Assembly (NCBI RefSeq): GCF_000332155.1
Contig: NZ_KB235903.1
Span: forward strand, 715,156 to 779,155
Length of the DNA stretch: 64,000 nt
DNA from: Kamptonema formosum PCC 6407
GTDB lineage: Bacteria; Cyanobacteriota; Cyanobacteriia; Cyanobacteriales; Microcoleaceae
Direction of reading: 5' to 3'
Shown here piece after piece: positions 1-10,897 of this stretch. Position 1 is the first letter of the stretch, and the number at the start of each line of letters is the position of its first letter. The notes beneath the pieces are model-generated. The model worked only from the letters and a program-made list of their open reading frames with translations, had not been told where the DNA came from and ran no database searches. The translations under genes and the position numbers were made by a program.

Positions 1-502
1 AGTCTGGTGATATCAAGTTCAGTTAATTAATCATTATTAGGAACACGGACAGGTTTCTGGATCTCTGGTTTAAGCCGGGAGATATTCGCAAACTTGCTCT
101 CGATCCGAATTATATATAATTAACCGGATTTGATATTACGACTTAACTGCTGTTGTTGGTGCTAAAGTAATTAAATAAATTATATCAGTTCGTATTTTAG
201 TAAACACCGTCTAATTAAGGCTGTACTCAGAGTCTCAAATCCATAGCTGAACAGCTTTCTATTTTTTTTTTGGGAAGAGGTACTAGCATTTCGAGCTATA
301 GCAACCGTTTTGACGGTTAAGACGTTATTAATTGCTGAAACCCTCGCTTTTATTGCTGTCAACATCCCTGTCTTCAGCCTTGAGCTTAAAATCTTACTAT
401 TTGTTGATGAGCGAATATTAATTACCGATCGGTCACTGAGTATTTAAGAGAAATCCCAAATCTAAAAGGAGATCTTGAAACAATTGCTGTATTTAAATAT
501 AC

Positions 503-540
503 AAAGCATCAGAAAATTTCTGATGCTTTTTCTTTATATC
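503..540 (+). terminator. Perfect 13-bp stem hairpin followed by a T-rich run
   Basis: aaagcatcagaaa/tttctgatgcttt inverted repeat, followed by ttctttatat. No obvious upstream ORF in the window. Confidence 0.35.
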
Positions 541-713
541 TGCTTTAGAGATATTAAAAAATAATTAATGAATATTTAATTGTTTGGCATGAACAAAAGA
601 TCATTACTAATAAAGCCGGACAGTGGACAAAAATTTTTCTCAATCGACAAGGTTGTAAAGAACAGAATAGCTTTTATCAATATGGTACGCTGCCTAAAAC
701 CCTATTAAATTCA

Positions 714-1397
714 GTGATGGGCATTTGGCAACAACATCCAGGTGCGGCACGGATGTTAATTTGGTTATTATTTAAAACCAAAATGGGTAAAGAACAGCGT
801 GTCACAGTACCTACATTAATGCGCGTAGCGTATGGTGAGAAAAAATTCAATACTTTATCTTCACAAAAAGATGAACGCAAACGGCTAATGAAAATCTTTG
901 AAAATGATTTAGAAGTTATCAGTTGCTATGGAATAAACCCAGTATTCGATCCCATTACTTATCCACTAGAAATTCAACCCCTATGGGTGAAGCTCAAAAA
1001 TATTCCAGAAGAAGCAGAGGCGGCTTTAGACTTTTGGATTGCAGATGGTAGTAAGAATAATCGCCTAACTGATGTGGCACCTCGTGGTAAGTGGAATCGT
1101 TTAATGAACGCACGAGTATTACATTTTGAAATCCCGCCTGAATGGGAATCTCCCACCAAAATGAAAGTTATTCAGCCTCAAAAAACCAAAGAGAGAAATA
1201 GAACCAAGGTTAAACCATCGGTTGAACTTTCATCTCAACAGATTATTGAGGCAAGGAAGATAAGGCTTTTGAGTCAGAGAGAATTAGCATCATTAATGGG
1301 CAAAAGTCAAAGCTGGATTAGAGATATTGAAAATGGTCGCTTTCAAGTCAAGGGAGAAGACCAAATGTTACTGCGGAAAGTGTTAGGGATGATGTAA
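714..1397 (+). CDS. Hypothetical protein with C-terminal XRE-type helix-turn-helix
   Basis: C-terminal LSQRELASLMGKSQSWIRDIENG resembles an XRE-family HTH. GTG/ATG start. AT-rich context distinct from the nif genes. Confidence 0.5.
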   Translation: MMGIWQQHPGAARMLIWLLFKTKMGKEQRVTVPTLMRVAYGEKKFNTLSSQKDERKRLMKIFENDLEVISCYGINPVFDPITYPLEIQPLWVKLKNIPEEAEAALDFWIADGSKNNRLTDVAPRGKWNRLMNARVLHFEIPPEWESPTKMKVIQPQKTKERNRTKVKPSVELSSQQIIEARKIRLLSQRELASLMGKSQSWIRDIENGRFQVKGEDQMLLRKVLGMM

Positions 1398-1507
1398 CAG
1401 TTGTCAAGTAAGTGAGGTATGGATCTACAAATTACCAGGTGTACCTCAATTGTCTGAGAGTTGATATCAGTCAGATAAAACTCCCCCACGTCTTGAGATG
1501 GAGGAGT

Positions 1508-1558
1508 GACAAAAGTCTAACCTAAGCGTCAGGAATGTCAAAAGTCTAAGCTAAGCGT
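1508..1558. repeat. Two tandem ~23-bp direct repeats (gacaaaagtctaacctaagcgtc / gtcaaaagtctaagctaagcgtt)
   Basis: Read directly. They sit at the 3' end of nifT on the minus strand. Confidence 0.5.
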
Positions 1559-1749
1559 TTGGCTTCTACTGTTTGTGGTAATTTCAATGGTTCGAGTAAA
1601 TTAGCAATTTCTAATTCCCAACCATTTGTCAAAGTCAAGATTTTGTTCCCATTTAATTCCGTTTCACTCACTACTTCCTCTTCCAAATCTTTCTTGGCAA
1701 CGTAAACCATTAATTTGCCGGTTGTACCGCGACGTAACATTACTTTCAT
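1546..1749 (-). CDS. nifT: NifT/FixU small nitrogen-fixation protein
   Basis: 67 aa, MKVMLRR... KKDLEE ... NGWELE motifs typical of NifT/FixU. Lies downstream of nifZ as in cyanobacterial nifVZT groups. Confidence 0.75.
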   Translation of the reverse strand: MKVMLRRGTTGKLMVYVAKKDLEEEVVSETELNGNKILTLTNGWELEIANLLEPLKLPQTVEAKRLA

Positions 1750-1760
1750 CTTTAATTACC

Positions 1761-2039
1761 TCAAATTACTGTTTCAAATGGTTCTAGTTCTCTGGCACGA
1801 CAACCAACAATATAGCCTGTTCCCATAAAATGCACAGCATAAATATAGGAGTTTTGTAAAAATGTCCCGATAGAAATCACATAGCCAATTTCACCCTTTT
1901 TTGCTAAAGTGGCCCCAATTTCCTGACCCGGAAAGGTTCCATCATTACGGATTAACTTGCGTGTTTGGACTTTTTGACCAATTTCAAAACAAGGAGGCAA
2001 GTCAAGTTCTAATTCATCTAGCTGCATAGATTCCCTCAA
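1761..2039 (-). CDS. nifZ: NifZ
   Basis: 92 aa with NifZ-like motifs (PPCFEIGQKV..IRNDGTFPG...GEIGYV...Y.V.F...G.IVGCRARELE). Confidence 0.75.
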   Translation of the reverse strand: MRESMQLDELELDLPPCFEIGQKVQTRKLIRNDGTFPGQEIGATLAKKGEIGYVISIGTFLQNSYIYAVHFMGTGYIVGCRARELEPFETVI

Positions 2040-2154
2040 TAGAAAAACTAAGTTTAGAAGTTTGACGAAATTAATTGTACTTGTTTGGCTGATGTTTAAA
2101 CCTCAAGGGAGAGAACATGGGCTATTTCTCTCTGGAATGTCTGCGGTCAAATAG

Positions 2155-2919
2155 CTACTTTTGACCAACTTGAAGGCGAAGAATATGCTCCTCTAATTTC
2201 TCAATTCGATCGACTAAACTGCGAATCAGTGCCGCTTCTGCATCTGGCATTTTTCCGTGTTCTAGTGGACAAGTATTTTGAGGAATGCGACGAATATTTC
2301 TACCAGGAACACCTACAACTGTACAATCTGAAGGCACGTCTCGTAATACAATAGAGCCAGCGCCAATGCGGACATAATCACCTACTTCAATATTACCTAA
2401 AACCTTCGCACCTGCCCCGACAACAACATACTTACCAAGAGTCGGATGACGCTTACCGCTTTCTTTTCCCGTACCTCCCAAAGTAACGCCCTGATAAATT
2501 AGGGTGTAATCTCCTAAAATTGCTGTTTCCCCAATGACTACTCCCATCCCATGATCGATAAATACCCCCTTACCAATGACCGCGCCAGGGTGAATTTCGA
2601 CACCGGTGAAGAATCGGGTTAGGTAAGAAATTAGACGGGGGAAAAAGGGAACTTTAAGATTGTGTAACCAGTGGGCAACCCGATGCATTTCCAAAGCATG
2701 AAACCCTGGGTAAAAGCAAAGAACTTCCAGCCAATTACGGGCGGCGGGGTCGCGCTCGAAAATAATCTGAAAATCAATTTTGATTGTTTGCCACCAGTTT
2801 AGAAGTGGATTAGTAGATTGGGCATCCTCTGTTGCTGCTGGAGTGGTTGTACGACCTTGAGCATACAGTTTTTCTTGTGAAATAGGCTTAACTGTTAAAG
2901 GGGCAAAAGTCTGTAGCAT
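2155..2919 (-). CDS. cysE: Serine O-acetyltransferase (nif-associated CysE paralog)
   Basis: Left-handed beta-helix hexapeptide repeats (GAVIGKGVFIDHGMGVVIGETAILGDYTLIYQGVTLGG...). Position divergent from nifB matches the cyanobacterial cysE2 arrangement. Confidence 0.85.
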   Translation of the reverse strand: MLQTFAPLTVKPISQEKLYAQGRTTTPAATEDAQSTNPLLNWWQTIKIDFQIIFERDPAARNWLEVLCFYPGFHALEMHRVAHWLHNLKVPFFPRLISYLTRFFTGVEIHPGAVIGKGVFIDHGMGVVIGETAILGDYTLIYQGVTLGGTGKESGKRHPTLGKYVVVGAGAKVLGNIEVGDYVRIGAGSIVLRDVPSDCTVVGVPGRNIRRIPQNTCPLEHGKMPDAEAALIRSLVDRIEKLEEHILRLQVGQK

Positions 2920-3070
2920 TGCTTTCCGGGGGGTGAAAAAGCCGTAATCTCCATCTCCTGCTTATATCAGATAGTTGAAAACTAGGTAGTTTGCTTAACC
3001 TGGATAGAATTATTAAATTAATTAAAGATGTACTCAAGCACCAAATGCCTTGATAGGAGAGGGATTCATT

Positions 3071-3768
3071 TTTTTTTGGGGCTATAGGTACGAGTATTTT
3101 TGGCTATAGGTATGAGTATTTATCAGTGACGTACTCAGTATTTATGTACTCAGCCATAAGTCTCTTTCAGCAAGTATTTCAGACTATTTACGTACCAATT
3201 TTGGGGAAGAAAAAATTGTACTCACCATCTTTTTAGGACTTACTGGGTCTTTAACCCTGTTGGTTAAGTCGTGCTTTGTCAGAATGACTGTCTAGAAATT
3301 ATTTTTTAAATTTTTGTATATCTAACTACTATTTAAGCTTTTATGGCTTACAGTAAAAGTAGCGAGCATCATTTTTTATGTGGCACTTGAGGCAAATCCC
3401 CTATTATTACTTTTATTTTGTCTGTATCATTAGATACAATCAATAACTTTGGTAAAGAAATCGCCAAAAAAAATCCCAGGTCATAAAAAACTGATATATT
3501 AGATACAGAATTAAATTTAAGAATACCGTCAGCCATCTCTCCAAAAGATCGTCTCGGTTATCCCCCTTCTCAATTGCCCTATCAGATTAAATTTGGGGCA
3601 TCAAATTTATATTTTTTGAGTACCCATCAAGCCAGTAGAAAATTTGCTATAAATCTCATCAAACCCATGCGCCAACTGGGTTAGCTTTGAGTACAAAAAT
3701 ACCGCTTCTCGGCTACCTAAATACTTATCGCTTAGACCAAAAATACTCGTACCTATACCCCAAAATTT
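3071..3768. repeat. ~30-bp inverted repeats (tttttggggctataggtacgagtatttttgg at 3071-3102; reverse complement at 3737-3768) bracketing ~640 bp of the nifB leader, with an adjacent direct copy at 3102-3122
   Basis: Read directly on both strands. GAGTAC-containing motifs recur inside (3131-3155, 3618, 3690, 3813). Confidence 0.55.
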
Positions 3769-4111
3769 TTTTTCAAATCTATTTTTCCCTTACAGAGTAA
3801 GGATTACAGGTTTTGAGTACCTTCTTAATTAGTTTAATAAGTCTTATCCCTAGCCATCTCTGCGGGAGGCAATTGAGTAGCTGCTATAAATTTCATAACG
3901 CCAGATGCTTAACCCGCCAAAGGTAATAGGTAATAGGTATTTAAGTAATTGGTAAATTCAAACAGTACCAAAAGCCAAATAACCGATGGATTCTGGGGGA
4001 AGTTAATGAATGGAATGGAGCCTAATATAGGGCCCAACGGATAAACAAAATAATTCCTGTTTGTTCATATTTCCTATAGCGTTGACGAGTCCACTGAATC
4101 CCATAAATTCA

Positions 4112-5566
4112 ATGACACCCCAACCTGGAATCCTTACTAAAACAAGCGCTACTCAATCTACTGGTTGTAGTTCTTCTAGCTGTGGTACTTCCACCGATGG
4201 AATTGACGAAAAACTTAAAAAGCGGATTGAAAACCATCCGTGTTATAGCGAAGAAGCACACCATCACTATGCCAGAATGCACGTTGCAGTTGCTCCCGCT
4301 TGCAACATTCAATGTAATTATTGTAATCGGAAATACGACTGTGCTAACGAAAGTCGTCCTGGGGTAGTTAGTGAACTGCTAACACCCGAAGAAGCCGCTC
4401 ATAAAGTATTAGTGATTGCCGGCAAAATTCCGCAAATGACAGTATTGGGAATTGCGGGCCCAGGCGACCCATTAGCCAACCCGGAAAAAACTTTCCGCAC
4501 CTTTGAGTTAATTTCTGATAAAGCCCCAGATATCAAGCTTTGTTTATCAACTAACGGCTTAATGTTGCCCGATTATGTTGAAAAAATTAAGCAACTCAAC
4601 GTGGATCATGTCACCATTACTATTAATATGGTAGATCCCGAAATCGGCACACAAATCTATCCTTGGGTTCACTATCGGCGGAAGCGTTACAAAGGCATTG
4701 AAGCAGCTAGAATTTTGCACGAACGGCAAATGGAAGGCTTACAAGCACTAAAAGAAGCCGATATTCTTTGCAAAGTGAACTCAGTAATGATTCCCGGAGT
4801 TAACGACCATCACTTACCAGAAGTAAATGAAGTGATTCGTTCTAAAGGGGCATTTCTTCACAACATTATGCCTCTGATTTCAGCACCAGAACATGGCACA
4901 CACTTTGGTTTAACTGGTCAGCGCGGGCCGACACCAAAAGAACTGAAAACAGTGCAAGATAACTGTGCTGGCAACATGAAGATGATGCGCCACTGTCGCC
5001 AATGTCGGGCCGATGCTGTAGGACTCTTAGGCGAAGACAGAAGCCAAGAATTTACTAAAGATAAATTCATGGAAATGCAGCCAGAGTACAACATTGAATC
5101 ACGGCAAGAAGTTCATGCTGGCATTGAGAAGTTTAAAGACGAACTCAAATCAGCCAAAGCAAAGCTCAAACCTAGTCAGAAAGTTGCTAACAGCCCCAAA
5201 ATTCTTGTAGCAGTAGCAACTAAAGGCGGTGGTTTAGTAAATCAGCACTTTGGTCATGCTAAAGAGTTTCAAATTTACGAAGTAGATGCTAACGAAGCTA
5301 AATTCGTCGGTCATCGCAAAATCGATCATTACTGCCAAAGCGGTTACGGCGAGGAAGCGACTTTAGAACACACGATTAAAGCTCTTTCTGATTGTAAAGC
5401 AATTCTAGTTTCCAAAGTCGGCGAATGTCCGAAAGCGGATTTACAAACAGCAGGTTTAGTTGTAGTGGAAGCTTACGACGTAATTGAGAAAGTTGCCCGT
5501 GCATTTTATGACACCCATATTCTCAAAAGCTCTAACGCTATTCCTGAGATTGTAGGTTGTATTTAA
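4112..5566 (+). CDS. nifB: Nitrogenase FeMo-cofactor biosynthesis radical-SAM protein NifB (with C-terminal NifX-like domain)
   Basis: [14 protein letters not shown] radical-SAM motif and C-terminal dinitrogenase-cofactor-binding domain. The ORF track starts on TTG at 4061; first ATG is at 4112. Confidence 0.9.
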   Translation: MTPQPGILTKTSATQSTGCSSSSCGTSTDGIDEKLKKRIENHPCYSEEAHHHYARMHVAVAPACNIQCNYCNRKYDCANESRPGVVSELLTPEEAAHKVLVIAGKIPQMTVLGIAGPGDPLANPEKTFRTFELISDKAPDIKLCLSTNGLMLPDYVEKIKQLNVDHVTITINMVDPEIGTQIYPWVHYRRKRYKGIEAARILHERQMEGLQALKEADILCKVNSVMIPGVNDHHLPEVNEVIRSKGAFLHNIMPLISAPEHGTHFGLTGQRGPTPKELKTVQDNCAGNMKMMRHCRQCRADAVGLLGEDRSQEFTKDKFMEMQPEYNIESRQEVHAGIEKFKDELKSAKAKLKPSQKVANSPKILVAVATKGGGLVNQHFGHAKEFQIYEVDANEAKFVGHRKIDHYCQSGYGEEATLEHTIKALSDCKAILVSKVGECPKADLQTAGLVVVEAYDVIEKVARAFYDTHILKSSNAIPEIVGCI

Positions 5567-5660
5567 TGGCTCTAGTTGATGGGTATGAGGTATAGCAGCC
5601 GCTTCCTAATTGCTAATTTATAAAGCTGTACTTCATTCCATTCACAACTGCTTCTTGCTT

Positions 5661-5712
5661 CCCAATTCCCAATTTCTAATTCCCTTTCCCATTTCCAATT
5701 CCCTGTTCCTAT
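5661..5712. repeat. STRR-like tandem heptamers (CCAATTC family) in the nifB-nifS spacer
   Basis: cccaattcccaatttctaattccc... Confidence 0.7.
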
Positions 5713-5733
5713 TGTCAATCTGAGGACAAGATT

Positions 5734-6942
5734 ATGTCAACTTGTATTTACCTAGATAATAATGCCACAACCAAGGTAGATCCAGGAGTGTTGGAAGCAA
5801 TGCTACCCTACCTAACCGAATATTATGGCAATCCCTCCAGTATGCACACCTTTGGGGGAAAAGTAGGAAAAGCTGTAAAACAAGCCAGAGCACAAGTAGC
5901 AGGTCTTTTGGGAGCAGATGATTCAGAAATTGTGTTTACCAGTTGTGGCAGTGAAAGTAACAATACAGCAATTAGGGCTGCATTAGCCGCTCAACCAGAT
6001 AGACGACATATTATTACTACCCAAGTAGAACACGCTGCTGTAATTAATGTTTGCAAACAACTAGAAAAACAAGGTTACACAGTTACTTATCTATCAGTTG
6101 ACCGTCAGGGACAATTAGATTTAATGGAATTGGAAGCTGCATTAACTGGAAACACAGCTTTAGTTTCCACCATGTATGCTAACAACGAAAGTGGGACAAT
6201 TTTCCCCATAGAAAAAATCGGTGCTTTAGCTAAAGAATATGGTGCAGTCTTCCATGTTGATGCAGTACAAGCCGTAGGTAAAATTCCTTTAAATATGAAG
6301 GAAAGTACCATTGACCTATTAACACTATCAGGTCATAAATTACACGCCCCCAAAGGCATTGGTGCTTTATATGTAAGACGCGGTTTCCATTTCCGTCCGT
6401 TGTTAATAGGCGGACATCAAGAACGGGGCCGGAGAGCAGGAACAGAAAATGTAGCGGGTATAATTGGTTTAGGAAAAGCAGCAGAACTCGAATTATTGCA
6501 TATGCCAGAAGCAATTCAGCGAGAAAGCAAATTGCGCGATCGCCTAGAAGAAAACCTGCTACTTACTATTCCTAATTGTGAAGTAAATGGCGACCCTGCT
6601 CATCGCTTACCTAACACCACTAATATTGGCTTCAAATACATCGAAGGCGAAGCTATCTTACTCTCATTAGATCGATACGGGATTTGCGCTTCTTCTGGTT
6701 CTGCTTGCACTTCTGGCTCTTTAGAACCCTCTCATGTTTTGCGGGCAATGGGTTTACCTTATGTTATCCTTCACGGTTCGATCCGATTTAGTCTTAGCCG
6801 TTACACAACTGATGCAGAAATAGATCGAGTTTTAACTGTAATGCCAGGAATTGTAGAGAGATTGCGTTCCCTTTCACCCTTCAATAGTGACTCTGCTGAC
6901 TGGTTGCAAGATAGACAAGAAGCCGTAACAGTTAGTAGATAA
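5734..6942 (+). CDS. nifS: Cysteine desulfurase NifS
   Basis: Class V aminotransferase/NifS motifs (SGHKLHAPKGIGALYV, active-site SSGSAC). Confidence 0.9.
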   Translation: MSTCIYLDNNATTKVDPGVLEAMLPYLTEYYGNPSSMHTFGGKVGKAVKQARAQVAGLLGADDSEIVFTSCGSESNNTAIRAALAAQPDRRHIITTQVEHAAVINVCKQLEKQGYTVTYLSVDRQGQLDLMELEAALTGNTALVSTMYANNESGTIFPIEKIGALAKEYGAVFHVDAVQAVGKIPLNMKESTIDLLTLSGHKLHAPKGIGALYVRRGFHFRPLLIGGHQERGRRAGTENVAGIIGLGKAAELELLHMPEAIQRESKLRDRLEENLLLTIPNCEVNGDPAHRLPNTTNIGFKYIEGEAILLSLDRYGICASSGSACTSGSLEPSHVLRAMGLPYVILHGSIRFSLSRYTTDAEIDRVLTVMPGIVERLRSLSPFNSDSADWLQDRQEAVTVSR

Positions 6943-6970
6943 AGCAGCAGTGAAAGCATAAAAAGCTTTT

Positions 6971-7027
6971 CAATTCTCAATTCCTAATTCTCAATTCCCA
7001 ATTCTCAATTCCCAATTCCCAATTCCT
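6971..7027. repeat. STRR-like tandem heptamers (TCAATTC/CCAATTC)
   Basis: caattctcaattcctaattctcaattcccaattctcaattcccaattcccaattcc. Confidence 0.75.
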
Positions 7028-7055
7028 CCTCATACCCTTAATTTGGAAAACTGCC

Positions 7056-7952
7056 ATGTGGGACTACACTGAAAAAGTATTAGACTTATTCTACAACCCG
7101 AAAAACCAAGGGGCAATCGAAGAAACCAACGAACCAGGAATTGCCGTAGTCTTTGGCGAAGTAGGTAGTATTGCTTGCGGTGATGCTTTAAGACTACATC
7201 TCAAAATCGACGAACCCCAAGATACAATTCTCGATGCTCGTTTTCAAACCTTTGGTTGCACCAGCGCCATTGCTTCCTCTTCCGCTTTAACAGAATTAAT
7301 CAAGGGTTTGACATTAGATCAAGCCTTAAAAGTCACCAACAGAGAAATCGCAGATTTTTTAGGTGGTTTGCCTGAAGCTAAAATGCACTGTTCTGTAATG
7401 GGACAAGAAGCCTTAGAAGCTGCCATTTATAAATATCGTGGCATTGAACCAGAAGCACACCCTGAAGATGAAGGCACTTTAATTTGTAGTTGCTTTGGTA
7501 TCAGCGAACCGAGAATTCGTCGGGCAATTGTCGAAAACAATTTAACTACAGCAGAACAAGTAACTAGCTATATCAAAGCTGGTGGTGGTTGTGGTTCTTG
7601 TTTATATCCTATTGACGACTTAATTGCCGAAGTCTTCAAAGAGAAAGCCAACATCACCAAAGTTGCGACCGAGATTGCTTTTGCGAAAGAGACTAAAAAT
7701 CAATCACCTACACAACCTTTGACACCCATCCAAAAAATCTCTTTAATTCAGAAAGTTTTAGAAGAAGTGCGCCCATTGCTAATCGCAGATGGAGGTGACG
7801 TAGAACTTTATGACGTAGAAGGAGATATTGTCAAAGTCTTGCTCAAAGGAGCTTGTGGTTCTTGTCCTAGTAGTACATCCACTCTGAAAGGGTTAATCGA
7901 AACTACTTTGAAAGAGAAAGTTTTACCCAGTTTAGTAGTACAAGCACTGTAA
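7056..7952 (+). CDS. nifU: Fe-S cluster scaffold NifU
   Basis: N-terminal IscU-like domain, central CxxC ferredoxin-like domain, C-terminal NifU (CGSCPSS) domain. Confidence 0.9.
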   Translation: MWDYTEKVLDLFYNPKNQGAIEETNEPGIAVVFGEVGSIACGDALRLHLKIDEPQDTILDARFQTFGCTSAIASSSALTELIKGLTLDQALKVTNREIADFLGGLPEAKMHCSVMGQEALEAAIYKYRGIEPEAHPEDEGTLICSCFGISEPRIRRAIVENNLTTAEQVTSYIKAGGGCGSCLYPIDDLIAEVFKEKANITKVATEIAFAKETKNQSPTQPLTPIQKISLIQKVLEEVRPLLIADGGDVELYDVEGDIVKVLLKGACGSCPSSTSTLKGLIETTLKEKVLPSLVVQAL

Positions 7953-8151
7953 ACTAGCGGGCTATTGACTCATCAGATTTCCTACAACAAATTCACGAGT
8001 AATTATGAAATTTACCAGAAAATATCAAGAGGAGCGTCCTCCCCCCATAGTTAGGTTTCAGATTCTAAGTTTCACAATTGATACTTATTTCTGAACCGAA
8101 CCACTCAAGACCTCTTCTTAAACAACAAACCCACTCATTTACAAAGGATAA

Positions 8152-9060
<909 letters not shown>

Positions 9061-9089
9061 ACCCTAGTAATCAAGGGGATAGGCTAAAA

Positions 9090-9232
9090 CAAGAAAAGGA
9101 AAGATTTTCTTATCTAAAATCCCAAATAGGTCTCAGGTGTGAGGTTTCAGATGAATTATTGTTGGAGCCTGAAACTCAAAACCTGAAACCGACCTGAAAC
9201 CTATCCCCTATTCCCTATTTCCTATTCCCTAC
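9090..9232 (+). promoter_or_regulatory. nifH-nifD intercistronic structured region (GTTTCAG/CTGAAAC inverted repeats) plus CCTATTC heptamer array
   Basis: gaggtttcag ... cctgaaactc ... cctgaaaccg ... cctgaaacc can form alternative stem-loops. Followed by cctattccctatttcctattccc. Confidence 0.4.
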
Positions 9233-9252
9233 TCACTCAGAGAGGCAGATTT

Positions 9253-10737
9253 ATGACTCCTATCGAATCTACTACTATTGACCCTCAAGACTTAGCTGCG
9301 GAAGTTGTTGACAAAAAAGCCCTGATCAAAGAAGCTTTAGAACTCTATCCCGATAAAGCTAAGAAAAAACGGGAAAAGCACCTGAATGTCTACGAAGAAG
9401 GCAAATCAGATTGTGGCGTTAAGTCTAATATCAAATCCGTTCCCGGTTCCATGACCACACGCGGCTGCGCCTACGCTGGATCGAAAGGCGTAGTTTGGGG
9501 CCCAATCAAAGACATGATTCACATCAGTCATGGCCCCGTAGGTTGCGGTTATTATTCCTGGTCTGGTCGTCGCAACTACTATATCGGAACTACAGGCATT
9601 GATAGCTTTGGCACAATGCAATTTACATCCGATTTCCAAGAAAGAGATATCGTATTTGGTGGTGATAAAAAACTTGCCAAACTAATTACTGAACTAGACG
9701 AACTCTTCCCCTTAAATAGAGGCGTTTCGATTCAGTCTGAGTGTCCTATTGGTCTCATCGGAGACGATATCGAAGCTGTTGCCAAGAAAGCCAGCAAAGA
9801 AATCGGAAAAACCGTTGTACCTGTACGTTGTGAAGGCTTCCGGGGTGTCTCTCAATCCCTGGGACACCACATTGCAAACGACACTATCCGGGATTGGGTT
9901 TTTCCTCAAGCAGACAAGAAAAAGAAAGAACTGGGTCATGAAGGTACTCCCTACGATGTCGCAATTATTGGAGACTATAACATCGGTGGTGATGCTTGGT
10001 CTAGCCGCATTCTTCTCGAAGAAATTGGCTTGCGCGTAGTAGCTCAATGGTCGGGAGATGGCACGCTTCACGAAATGATGATGACCCCAACTGTGAAGCT
10101 AAATTTAGTTCACTGCTATCGCTCCATGAACTATATTAGCCGCCACATGGAAGAAGCTTATGGCATTCCTTGGTTGGAATATAACTTCTTTGGCCCAACT
10201 CAAATTGCTGCATCTCTGCGAGAAATTGCAGGTAAGTTTGACCAAAAAATCCAAGATAATGCTGAAAAAGTCATTGCTAAGTATGAAGCCCAAACTAAGG
10301 CCGTACTTGACAAATTCTACTCGCGCCTAGAAGGTAAGACTGTCGCTTTAATGGTTGGTGGTTTGCGTCCCCGCCACGTCGTTCCTGCCTTCCACGATTT
10401 AGGAATGAAACTAATCGGTACTGGTTACGAGTTTGGTCACAATGATGACTACAAACGCACGACTCATTACATTGAAGACGGCACCTTAATTTATGATGAC
10501 GTTTCTGCTTATGAGTTCGAGCATTTTGTCAAGGAACTCAAGCCAGATTTAATTGCTTCCGGCATCAAAGAGAAGTATGTTTTCCAGAAAATGGCGCTTC
10601 CCTTCCGCCAGATGCACTCTTGGGATTATTCTGGCCCTTATCACGGTTACGATGGTTTTGCTATCTTCGCCCGCGATATGGATTTAGCCCTTAATAGTCC
10701 AACTTGGGGATTAATTGGTGCTCCTTGGAAGAAGTAA
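9253..10737 (+). CDS. nifD: Nitrogenase MoFe protein alpha chain NifD (uninterrupted)
   Basis: 494 aa, contiguous. No excision element as found in Anabaena PCC 7120. Confidence 0.95.
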   Translation: MTPIESTTIDPQDLAAEVVDKKALIKEALELYPDKAKKKREKHLNVYEEGKSDCGVKSNIKSVPGSMTTRGCAYAGSKGVVWGPIKDMIHISHGPVGCGYYSWSGRRNYYIGTTGIDSFGTMQFTSDFQERDIVFGGDKKLAKLITELDELFPLNRGVSIQSECPIGLIGDDIEAVAKKASKEIGKTVVPVRCEGFRGVSQSLGHHIANDTIRDWVFPQADKKKKELGHEGTPYDVAIIGDYNIGGDAWSSRILLEEIGLRVVAQWSGDGTLHEMMMTPTVKLNLVHCYRSMNYISRHMEEAYGIPWLEYNFFGPTQIAASLREIAGKFDQKIQDNAEKVIAKYEAQTKAVLDKFYSRLEGKTVALMVGGLRPRHVVPAFHDLGMKLIGTGYEFGHNDDYKRTTHYIEDGTLIYDDVSAYEFEHFVKELKPDLIASGIKEKYVFQKMALPFRQMHSWDYSGPYHGYDGFAIFARDMDLALNSPTWGLIGAPWKK

Positions 10738-10897
10738 CCAAAACAGATTAGGGGAATACTACTAAGGATGAACGCTAAAAGTTTAAAATCCCCAAAACTA
10801 TCTCTCGATTTTCATCCTTAGTTCCTCCTAAATACAAGTTTTTTGTTATTTCCAACTCTCTACGCTACACTCCCTCATAAATATTGGAGATTGAGTC

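Noticed and set aside
4061-4111. Upstream extensions of nifB (4061), Ycf46-like (33653), Cas6-like (39292), RR-HK (42516), flotillin (30926), EF-hand fusion (20964) and hesA (16661) in the ORF track
   Set aside because: All begin on TTG with no RBS. In-frame ATG codons with better spacing to Shine-Dalgarno-like sequences lie just downstream and were used for feature coordinates.
9406-10293. Antisense ORFs inside nifD (9406-9639, 9712-10071, 10105-10293) and similar ones inside nifK, nifE, nifN, cpcA/cpcB, pacL and the large HK
   Set aside because: They lie fully within strongly supported genes on the opposite strand or another frame, with low-complexity composition. Typical six-frame noise.
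9253-10737. Possible developmental excision element interrupting nifD (as in Anabaena PCC 7120), or an fdxN element after nifB
   Set aside because: nifD is a single contiguous 494-aa ORF with intact N- and C-termini. nifB is followed directly by nifS, and no xisA/xisF-like recombinase genes are present.
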